DNA of 64,000 nt, from positions 3,727,658-3,791,657 of the forward strand of contig JAUPSS010000004.1 of NCBI GenBank assembly GCA_040285825.1, given 5' to 3'. The notes beneath the pieces were generated by a model. It saw only the letters and a program-made list of their open reading frames with translations. It was not told where the DNA came from and made no database searches. A program made the position numbers and the translations under genes. Origin of the DNA: Eukaryota sp. TZLM1-RC (Eukaryota; Protista; Metamonada: BaSk clade). This document shows, piece by piece, positions 10,998 through 21,346 of the stretch. The number at the start of each line of letters is the position of its first letter. Positions within the stretch are counted from its first letter, which is position 1.

Positions 10998-12430
10998 ATG
11001 ACGACAATCCACGATATCGAAGCTATATATTGTGATGCTCATGGAGGTCTTCTTCTTGATCCGCTCGTGCTCCCATGCGGCCACTCATTCTGTTCACATT
11101 GCATCACAACCTGGATTGAACTCAATCCTTCATGTCCAGGATGCCGGAAACCTGTTGACCGAAACAAGCTTGTCCCTAACTATAGGCTCAATGAACTGAT
11201 TTCGGTCCTTCTGAAGCCCAAGGAGATTCCATACTCACAATTGCAAGATCTCTCCCTGTTGTCCCGTACTGCCACGGCAACTCTCCAGTCTGGAATTTTT
11301 AAAGGTAGACCAATTGTCTACAAACAGCCGTATTTCTCTCAAGAAAACCTAAGCCAAGTGCGACAAGCCGTTACTAGAACCTACCAGACGTTTAGGGCCT
11401 TGGAGGATCCTGCCAACGTGGTCACCCTACTTGGAATCACACTCGATCCTCCTGGAATCGTTCAGGAGAAACTTTCATGCTCCCTCCAGTCTCTACTTAA
11501 TGTACAACGGCGATTGTCAGTTAAGGAAGTCTCATCACAGCAGAGGACGTTGCTATGGGACTTATGTCGTTTCATCAAGCTGGCTTTGTTCACAGAGACG
11601 TATCTCCTGGCAACATCATGTTGAAGGTTAGAGCGAACGAAGTTACTGGTGCCAAATTGGGTGACTTTGATGATGCTCGAATGCAGGAAGTTTCTTTGAC
11701 GCAGAGCACCTTGGGAACCATTGCTTACATGGCTCCTGAAGTTTTGATGGGAAACAGTCCAAAAGCCCATACAAAATCTGATGTTTTTGCCCTAGGAGTC
11801 GTTTTTTGGTCCATTTTTAGTAACAAAGATCCATCGAAGATGTGTAGTCATCATGCTGCAATGCAGGTGTTGAGGGTAAAGCAGGAGGGTGCTGCTTTAA
11901 TTGATTTAGACAATATAACATATCCATCCATCAGAAAATTGGTTAAATCAATGACTTCTATCAATTCAAACACAAGACCTTCAATTGGCCAAGTAGTCGA
12001 TCAATTGACCACCTTTTCTGATCATTTTGAGTTCAAAATGAAAGCAAATCAGTCAGGTAATGCACCAAATCCAAATGGACAAAATGATCGAAATTTATTC
12101 AATATTTATGTAAAAACTCTGACTTGTAAGACCATAAATTTGAATGTTCGAGCAAGTGACACAGTGGAACACGTCAAAGTCTTAGTGCAGGAACAGGAGG
12201 GAATTCCGCCAGACAAGCAACATTTGGTCTTGCTTGGAGAACGGTTAGAAGCCCAGAGAACATTGAGTCACTACAATATGTTCAGTGAATCAACTTTACA
12301 CTTGGTCCGCACACTCACAGGTGGCAAGCCCATCATCATCTTTCGTCCACCTGAAGGGAGTGAATGGAAGAATGTTCAAGTAGCCCTCTCCCTGGAATCT
12401 AAATTACCATTGGTCAATATACGAAACTAG
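10998..12430 (+). pseudogene. RING finger - protein kinase - ubiquitin-like fusion, frameshifted near 11531 and probably 3'-truncated
   Basis: RING (CDAH...PCGHSFCSHC...CPGCR), kinase ([31 protein letters not shown]), ubiquitin-like ([11 protein letters not shown]...[10 protein letters not shown]...[13 protein letters not shown]). One missing base at GAAGTCTCATC joins the two ORFs ([14 protein letters not shown]). Confidence 0.8.
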
Positions 12431-12789
12431 GAACTTCATATGAGCCTCAGTAAATCGTATCAAAAACGATACTCTTACACTTACAGCAATGGTTTTATTA
12501 GTTTGCAACATTCAATTGTATACTTTTTGATTTTTTACTATTTTTACAATTTAATGTTTAAAAATTAATAAACTCAATTAATTCAAATATATACAAAATC
12601 AATTGAAAATGTAATCATGAGTTTGTACTGATCACATAGCCAACATTACTCACACACAATTTCACACAAAGTTTGATCACAAGTTGATCACATCTAGTAA
12701 ATAAGGACTACATCATGCAACTCACCTCATCACACCAATGACCATTCAACCAATCATACCAATGACTACTGAAATGACCATAGCACGGA

Positions 12790-12842
12790 CTTTAACACCA
12801 TTAGTTATGAGTTAATTTAATTAAGCGTACATGTTCAATAAA
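12790..12842 (+). mobile_element. Isolated 3' tip of a family B non-LTR element
   Basis: CCATTAGTTATGAGTTAATTTAATTAAG...GTTCAATAAA matches the 3' UTR at 10756-10800 and 20677-20720. Confidence 0.8.
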
Positions 12843-13330
12843 TATCGATTATTTAAAATATATCTGGTGGATGAATATAGAACTAGTGCCAGATCTGCGA
12901 TATGTGTATTCAACAATAGCGAATGTATCACAAAATGTGATTTAAAAGTACCTAATCCAATCGCTTATATTAGAATTAATAGAAAAATATAAAGAGAAAT
13001 TAAAAGCGTTACTCTAAGACAGGATAGGAATCAAAACGAATGAACAATAAGATTCATTGAGTGAGAATGAAAGGAAAAAGTAGTAGGAAAAAAAGAACTA
13101 AGGAAAAATTAAACCAAATGAAGGAACAAAACCAACAACTTGAAAATGTTAAAAAGGCTGTTGGTTTCCTATTATGGATTGTTACACTTTAAAAACAATG
13201 AATGTGGAATCTACTGGAACAGAGATACCACTAGTGCAATTAATATCTACAATATTACTTATTCCCATGTTCAAGGCACAGAAGAGAACATCAATGACCG
13301 TCGACCATTGATGTCGCAGAGAGATAAGTT
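12843..13330 (+). pseudogene. Fanzor1-type C-terminal fragment (RuvC-II, Zn finger, RuvC-III), right half of a split copy
   Basis: FKIYLVDEYRTSARSAIC at 12852-12905; YGLLHFKNNECGIYWNRDTTSAINIYNI...RRP at 13170-13310. Confidence 0.8.
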
Positions 13331-14160
13331 TGTACAATATTTTTATACTTTGAAAATCAATTTCATAAATAAAAATCATTTTATTTCAAAATAAAAATCA
13401 TTTTGTTTAAAAAAAATATTAATTATACATTTTAAATACATTTATTAAATACAATTTTCAGTCCCCCTATTTTTAATTAACATTAAAAATTTAGCATTAT
13501 AAAGTTAGCATCATATAATTCATATTGTTTCTTTACCACTGTTTTAGCATTTGTAGCTTATAGATACGGCTTCTGGTCCCAATCAATCGTACTTTTAGAT
13601 GTTTGATGGTACTTTCGTGGTTGTTTATCATCGACAAATCACATATTATAACATGCATTATCTTGGAAGAGTTCCAATTCGGTGTGTTTAAGTTTAAGTT
13701 TAGAACTGTTGCAGGCTTTGAATGATAACAAAGTATTTGAAATGGTTTTGATCCAAAAACCAAATCCAACATCAATCAAATGATTAAAAGAAGAATGGAA
13801 GGCCATATTAGAAATTGTATTAGTACAATTTACCTGGATATTGGGAGATTTTCACCTGTCAAATAGACTTAGATCAGAGAAGAGTTCCATGACAGTGTAA
13901 TCAATACAAGACAATGTGGAATCGAGATATTGATTCTACTCTAAATGATCTTATGTAAAATGAAGACATTCTGGATAGACGAGAGAGATCATAGGTGTTC
14001 AAAAGACAACAGTCTCAAACCAATGTTATTGAAACCACTGAGGAAAGCATGGAAGAGGTCGTGCGAAAGATTATGAAGGTGCAGAATAATGAATGAAGAA
14101 GTGACTAACAACAACAAACAGGATATGCAGTAAATGCTCTGAAAGTCATACAAAGTCACA

Positions 14161-15771
14161 ATGTTTACTTCACGTTTCTTAACTGTTTGCCTTACATTGG
14201 CATTTTGCCTCGCCCTTGGTTATGCAGAAGTCGCAAGATTATGGCCCACACCTCAACATCATTCTTTTGGTACTAAAAATGTGTTGTTAGATAATGATTT
14301 CCAATTCGAGACGTCTACACAACTCTCTTTACTCGAAGATGCGTTCAAACGTTACCGCGAATACATTTTGACTTCATCACTTCATGCTCCTGAAGGTACA
14401 TCTGCTATGTCCTTGGTCAGTGTCGTCAGCGTCCAAATCGATTCTAGGAACCTCGATCTCAACATGGGCACTGATGAATCCTATGAAATCAGCATTACTG
14501 AAATGTCAATCTCTATTTCAGCTCGTACAGTCTATGGTGCTTTGCGTGCTCTAGAAACCTTTTCTCAGCTTGTTGAAGAGTCATCTGATGGTCATCTCTA
14601 CATCAGACAATGTCCCATCACCATTAAGGATTTCCCAAGATACCAGTGGAGAGGTCTTTTAATTGACACTTCTCGCCACTTCCTCCCTGTCGGCACTATC
14701 AAAAGAATGGTAGATTCCCTCTCATTTAATAAGATGAATGTATTGCACTGGCATATCGTTGATGCCCAATCCTTTCCATACAAGTCTCTTTCTTACCCCT
14801 CCTTTGCTGAGAGAGGAGCATTTAGACCAGATTTGGTTTATGATTCCGCTACTATTAAATCCATTGTCGATTATGCCCAACAAAGAGGGGTTAGGGTGGT
14901 CATGGAACTTGATGTACCAGGACATGCTTACTGGGGTGATGCTGCTCCTCATATTAGAGCTCAGTGTCCAGGAGGTTATAGCAAGAATGTTAATAATTAC
15001 CCATTGGATCCAAGCAAGGGAGAAACGTTTGATGTGATTTCTGATTTGATAGGTGAACTTTCTGATCTCACTATTGATGATTACTTTCATCTAGGAGGGG
15101 ACGAACCAGTCTTTAGCTGCTGGACAAAGAATACTGAGATTAAGCAATGGATGGATAGCAGAGGATTTAAATCTGGTAATGACGTTTATTCGTATTTCTT
15201 TAACAAAACTTTACCTTTTGTTTATAAAAAATCAAAAAAACCAATTGTGTGGCACGAAGCGGCTCTTTTGGATTCAAATCTTCCTAAAGATACTCTGGTT
15301 CAAGTATGGTCTGGCGAAAGTAATGTGGAAAAGGTAATTAACATGAACTTTGATATTATTTATTCAGTTGGCTATTATCTCGATAAATCCAAGCCCGCTG
15401 GTAAGGTAAGATATGCCTTTATGCAAACAATGGCTGATTTCTTTGAAAGGGAACCCACTAGAGGACTTTCGGAGCTTCAAGCCTCTCGCATTAAGGGTCT
15501 TTCTGCAGCTATGTGGTCTGAAGGTGTTGATGCAAACTCTATTGAGGAAAGGGTGTGGCCAAGGGCTTCGGGAACTGCTGATAGGGCATGGATTAAACTA
15601 CCTGATAATGTAGATATGGCCTATGAGAATAGAAGAGCCGAGAGACAACGCTGTAGAATGAATGGCAGGGGAATTAGAGCAAGCCCTCTTGTTCCTTGGG
15701 AAAGGGGTTTGAGGCAAGTGAAGGGGGATTTGGGTAATTTCTGTAGGTTTAGTGTTGCCCCTTTCAATTGA
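14161..15771 (+). CDS. Beta-N-acetylhexosaminidase (GH20), secreted or lysosomal
   Basis: Signal peptide, LWPTP, RGLLIDTSRHF, NKMNVLHWHIVD, ELDVPGH, catalytic HLGGDE, WSE, WPR. Confidence 0.97.
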   Translation: MFTSRFLTVCLTLAFCLALGYAEVARLWPTPQHHSFGTKNVLLDNDFQFETSTQLSLLEDAFKRYREYILTSSLHAPEGTSAMSLVSVVSVQIDSRNLDLNMGTDESYEISITEMSISISARTVYGALRALETFSQLVEESSDGHLYIRQCPITIKDFPRYQWRGLLIDTSRHFLPVGTIKRMVDSLSFNKMNVLHWHIVDAQSFPYKSLSYPSFAERGAFRPDLVYDSATIKSIVDYAQQRGVRVVMELDVPGHAYWGDAAPHIRAQCPGGYSKNVNNYPLDPSKGETFDVISDLIGELSDLTIDDYFHLGGDEPVFSCWTKNTEIKQWMDSRGFKSGNDVYSYFFNKTLPFVYKKSKKPIVWHEAALLDSNLPKDTLVQVWSGESNVEKVINMNFDIIYSVGYYLDKSKPAGKVRYAFMQTMADFFEREPTRGLSELQASRIKGLSAAMWSEGVDANSIEERVWPRASGTADRAWIKLPDNVDMAYENRRAERQRCRMNGRGIRASPLVPWERGLRQVKGDLGNFCRFSVAPFN

Positions 15772-15846
15772 TTAGTTATATGTATGCATAAATTATAATT
15801 ATTGATTCTTTAAAATTATTTATTCACTACTTTGAGTAATTGCTGT

Positions 15847-17237
15847 TTAACTCCAAGTGACAAGGTCAATTAGTGAAAAATATCCGCCGAGAGAGAAAAT
15901 AAAAACTCCAAAAATTAAAGATGCAATACAAACAACTGTTGTAAATGTGGATTTTGGGAAAACTTTCTTGAAATAAATTAATGGTGGCAAAATAAAGATC
16001 AACCAAGAAGCAACTACACTCCCCAAAAAGGTAACTAGTCTTCCAATTTCTTCAGAAATTACAGCAATAGCGACCGTTAAACTTACCATTACTAATACCA
16101 AAAAGAAATGTGGGGGTGACTTAAATACCGAGATATCACCATTACCAACTGATTCAAACCATCCACCCAGTCTTTCCTGCCAATAGTGATTCTTTTCACT
16201 CAACTTTTCAAGTAGAGAAATGGCTTGATCTTTGGTTGGTTGGAAGACTATCGCATAAGAGACTGCGAAAAAGAACACAATGCCAGCATTAGCAAAGAAA
16301 GCTCCTAAAGTATTGAAATCTAATGACGTCATCAGATTCTCTGTCACACCCGTTCCAAACAAGATAAAGCCAAATGTCATTGTTAAGGTATAGGCAGTGA
16401 TGATTAATGCGAAAGCACACCAAACTGCTTTATCTAGTCTAGCAATAGAAGACTTGTACATTTCGCGGACGATCTGCAGTTAAAATAAATGAACAAAGAA
16501 CAAACGTTAGGAGCGCTCAAATGACTACTGAAAGCAAATGCCAAGGTAGATAAACCACCCATTACCACACTGAGAGGACTCCAAACGAAGGAGGGGTGCG
16601 TTCTACCACCATCTATTGCTTCAGGAGAACGAAGGTCAGCAGTGCCGGCAAAAAAGCGAAGTGTAGCGTAAATGAGGTATCCAATTGTGTAAAAAATGAT
16701 TAACAATGAAACAAGAGTAAACAATCGAAGACTTTCTAATGATCGTTTGAGACCCAGAGGAAAACACAGGACATAAGCGAACAGAATAACAATTATTCTA
16801 AAATTAGAGAAAAAATACCGTTGTGCTGGGTGGGTTCCTGTAAGATAAGCCATAGCTAAGCTAAATGAAGTACTTAATAGAATTAAATAAACAGATAAAA
16901 TTCCAATTAGATAAATAAATATAAGAAATGAACTGACAACACCAGCAGTGGAACCAAAGGACTTTGCAACTAAGGATTCTAAATGAAATGCAGATAAAAA
17001 AAGAGAATGTCTTATCAAAAGCATAAACATTATAATTGAAAGGAATGAAGCAACACCAAAAAAGATTGCAGCATTCCCACTACCTAGAGAGGCTGTAGCA
17101 AAAGGTAAAGCTAGGACCCCTGCCCCAACAGCCGTTCCAGCAATATTGATTGACGAAACCGGAATTCCTGCACCATGATCAAAATTGAGAACATGTTGAT
17201 TATACGGAGGACGTGGAAACTTGAGAATGTCACGCAT
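15847..17237 (-). CDS. Amino-acid transporter (Aa_trans/SLC38-like); two exons, intron 16474-16505
   Basis: NIAGTAVGAGVLALPFA, FAFSSH, FILPPLIY and ~11 TM segments. A 32-nt phase-0 intron GTTTGT...TTTAACTGCAG joins the two ORFs in frame (SAPN|IVREMYK). Confidence 0.9.
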
Positions 17238-17501
17238 TGCATTGAGAGATATAGATATAGATATATAAGATATACTAGAGTGATACACTATGATTCAGCA
17301 ATAGGAGCCTACTATTGAAGTTTTAGCCAAGATAGTATACAACACTTACATCAACGCTTATACAAAGTAGTAGAGTCTCACCTGATTCTAGGAATCAAAT
17401 ACCTTATTTGTTCAACTTTTTTTTTCTTCCTTCCTCTACATAAAACCGTTTAACTTAAATCCTGGCTGAACTGTGATCATTGCTTCTATTCTTTCTTGTT
17501 G

Positions 17502-20500
17502 ATGCCTGAATCAGTTTCTGATTCCAATGGAGTCAAAAGGAAGAATGATAGACAACAAGTTGCTGAAGACGTCCTTTCCACCTCTCCTCCTCAACCTCTT
17601 CTCTCTTCAATTTTGGACAAAAAATTTCTGATCAAGAAATTTTAGAAAATCATGATGAAAATAATGTTTGTTCAAAAACGAAGACACGCTCTTACAGATG
17701 CTCAAAGTGTCGACAACAAGGACATAATGCTCGAACATGCCCCACTGTTGGAAAAAATGATGTGACAAATTCTGAAACAAAATGTAAAAGAAAATTTATT
17801 AGAAGAACAGAATCTAAGGAAAAACCAATAAATGATCCTCCACAAGTTATTGCAAAACCAGTTAACAATCAAATCAAGCACAATGTTTGCCACAATTGTG
17901 GTGTTTCTTTTAGGAAAAATGCAAAAGGTAAAACGGCTGATCGATGCTTGAAATGCCGAATAGTCGATAATTACCATCCTCCCATAAAAATACCTCAAGA
18001 AATTCATCTGTCAAAATGCAATGAATTTGCTTTTGTTTTTAAAAGATTTTTGGATTAATTATGTAAGGGAAAGTATGCTATCAATATTCTTTGGGAATTT
18101 TTTGATTCTTTTTGTGCTCCTTTTGAACAAAATTTCGTAATGATTCTGAAGATTTAACTTATATAGCACCGAGAAAACAGTCATTTGAGAAATTGAGTAA
18201 ATTTTTTGAAGACAAATGCTTTGATAACAAATGGTCTAGGGCTTTGTCTGCTTTAAGTCCCAGAGTTAAAATTCGAAACAATCAAGCTACTATAGATAAA
18301 CTGAAAATACTTCATCCATTGGAAGACCCAATAATGGATCAAAAAAATTTTACGGAACTTATTGAGAAACTTATCCATTGAGGCATCAGATGTATTTTCG
18401 GTGATAAAAAAGAGACAATGCGGTAAGTCTTTCTATTGATCATATAAAAGCCGCAATTATTTCATCAGAGGATTGTCTTGTTTTATTAATTAAATTTTTT
18501 AAAAGAATATTGACTGGTCAACTCAAATATCCAGAAGAATTAAGAAGTTCTCGTTTGACTGCACTTGTCAAGAATTCAAAAATGGATGTTCGTCCTATTG
18601 CGGTCTCTGAGAGCATACATAATATTTTTTCTGCTTGTTGCTTAAGCAGGTTCAATGAAAAAGCAAAAAAGATTTTATTGCCCTTTCAATATGGAATTAA
18701 TACCACGGATGGAGTTTCTTCAACGATATTTGCTACAGATGTATTATTTCGCCAAAATGAATCCAATGTTTGTATGTCATTGGATTTTAGTTATGCATTC
18801 AATTCACTCAGTCGTTGCAGTAATTATGGTGCTTTATTACAATATATGCCGGAATTAATGCCGGATTTCCAATCAACATATATCACAAATTCTAATTTAC
18901 ATTTTGGTAATTCCATTTTGAGTTCATCAAGTGATGTAAAGCAAGGAGATCCGTTAGGACCTCTTTTGTTTTGTTTGGCCATTCATCCTATTTTATTACA
19001 AATTCAAGAGATGTTTCCTTCGCTGAAAATGATTGCATATATGGATGATGTTGTTCTAATAGGTGATCTAAATATTGTGAAAAAAGCAATTTTTTTTAAG
19101 AATTATTTACCAAAATTGGCCTCCGACTTAATTTACTTAAGTGTGTTTTGTTATAGAATTCTCCAGTTTTCACAATAGTTGATGATATTGAAATACAAGC
19201 CAAATTATATTCAATTGATGATATTCGTCATTTGGGTTCCTTTTTAGGAAATAATGATGAAATTGCCAAAAAATTGTTTGAAAAGTTGAACTCAATTTCC
19301 GATAAAATTGACCGAATGATGACTTTAGATATACAGAAACATATCAACTTTACCATTATAAGACTGTGTTTTAGTTCCAACTTCAATCATATATTTCGAT
19401 CTACAAATCCTCTTGTCACTAGGCCTTTGGCCCAGAAGTTTGATGAATTACGTGCTAAATTTTTGTCACAATTACTGGGATGTAAAATGTTCCAAATTCA
19501 TGATCATGCTTATCTTAGTCCACATTATGGCGGTTTAGGTTGGACAAATGCCTCTATTCTTACTTCATGTGCTTTTATTGGTGGATGCAGAAATGCAATA
19601 ATTGAGTTTTTTGAAAGATTTACTGATTGGGAAGATTTATTAATGACAAAGCAAAGTTCGGCTATTTTTGCATTAAATTAAGAAATTTCAAAAAATTGAT
19701 GTAGAAAAATGGAGTCGATGCTTCCCCCAATCATTCAATGGTAATATTCCTGAAAAGAATTTTTAAATTTAAAATACACTCTTCGAACATTACAGAAACA
19801 ATTGACTAGAATGTATGAAAATGATCTTTATAATAATATAAGCAGCTCGGCTGTTTTAAATCAAGATTTTCACTCATTGTTATTGGAAGAGGGTGTTTGT
19901 GAAAATAAGTCATCAGATTCTTCACTTTTTGTAACCATTGTACCACGAAGATTTGGATTGTGTGCGACTAATGAAGCTTTTGTAACAGAAATGAAATTAT
20001 ATTTGAATATCCCATTATTATCAAAAGAAAAATGTATTTGTTCGAATTCACCTCAACTCACTTTGCGCCATGCTCTGAATTGTTCTAAATTGATAACTTA
20101 TCGTTCTTCATTACATGATGCTGTTAGAGACACTGTTTTCAATATGGCACAAACTGCAAGAATTTCGTGTATCAAAGAGCCTCTGCTGAAGGAGCAACTT
20201 TCTCTGAATAATTTTGGTTCTGATGATAGAGGTGATGTATATTGTGATTGGACTAATAATTCTGAAGCTATTGTTGACTTTGTCTCATGTAATGTTGCAA
20301 ATGATACTTTGGTTCACAGAAGAAAACTGAATCCTGTGAGTGCTCTTGATTTTAAAGCCAAAGAACAACATAGAAAATATGATAAAGATATTGAAGAAGC
20401 TAATGCTGGTAGATATACACAGCTAGTTTTTATTGTTTTCCCATTTTCGATAAACGGAAGATTATCAGTTGAAGCAGAAATTTTTTTGAATGCCTTCCAA

Positions 20501-20720
20501 AAAATGGTTCAAGAAAAAACAATGAAAAGGTTCAATATTTTTTTATGGCGTTCTCGAATTCAATTTGCAATTATTAATAGATTACCTCGGTTTTTCAATC
20601 GAATAAGAGGAGCTTTAGCTAGACAGCAAGCAGATCAAGATTTTGTAGAGGAAATCTTGGTTCAATGATATTTGTCCCATCAGTTATGAATTAATTTAAT
20701 TAAGTGTAGATGTTCAATAA
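17502..20720 (+). mobile_element. Near full-length but inactivated RLE non-LTR retrotransposon (CRE-like), family B
   Basis: N-terminal CHNC...CLKC; RT motifs RPIAVSE, FQYG, LDFSYAFNS, VKQGDPLGPLLF, YMDD, GGLG; Zn knuckle and RLE; 3' CAATAAA. Many frameshifts; 5' boundary approximate. Confidence 0.9.
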
Positions 20721-20989
20721 ATATAATGAAGAAAAATCAATAAATAGAAATGATGAAGAATTGTAAGTTTTCATTGCTGCAACTTCAGGAACTTCCTCTG
20801 AATATAAATTACTATAATCATAATCTTCCCAAATTTGGTCTTAATTGATTGAAGCCTCCTTCTTTAATATTTTCAAATCAGGAGTACATATATATATGGA
20901 ATAAATAAAGTTGAGAAACGTTTTGAGATAGGAAATCCAAAATTGGCTGTCATTGGCAATTGAAAGACTATTGCACAGTTTAGGAAAAT

Positions 20990-21290
20990 TGCAAAGGACA
21001 AAGAAAAACATATTTCCTACAACAGAATTTACTGAATCTACACTCTGATAACGATGCTTGTACAGATGAAATTGTAATTGGGCTTGGAGATTGGAATCCC
21101 AGAAGAAATCGTAAAGGAACAACAGCTTCTATAAGAGGTGGAAATTTGAGAAAAATGTTACGTAGTATTGAATTCAAAGTATATCTGGTGGAAGAATATA
21201 GAACTAGTGCCAGATGTGCGATATAAGTATTCAACAATAGTAAAGGTTTCACAAAATGTGATTTAAAAATACCTGAATCGAATGCTTATA
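20990..21290 (+). pseudogene. Fanzor1-type fragment, same family as 9965-10094 and 12843-13330
   Basis: Translates to EIVIGLGDWNPRRNRKGTTASIRGGNLRKMLRSIEFKVYLVEEYRTSARCAI*. Confidence 0.75.
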
Positions 21291-21346
21291 AAAGACTCAT
21301 TTATATCCTGACTCAGCATCAATTCTGGAATCAGTGTCTTGACTTT

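Noticed and set aside
11500-11560. Intron explaining the RING-kinase frameshift
   Set aside because: The GT-AG pairs tried do not restore the frame and lack the TTTAAC branch motif; a single missing base gives a sensible kinase helix.
13500-14100. ORF 13533-13775 as a gene, or an integrase remnant (LDLVFGSKP)
   Set aside because: Only one weak motif and no continuous frame.
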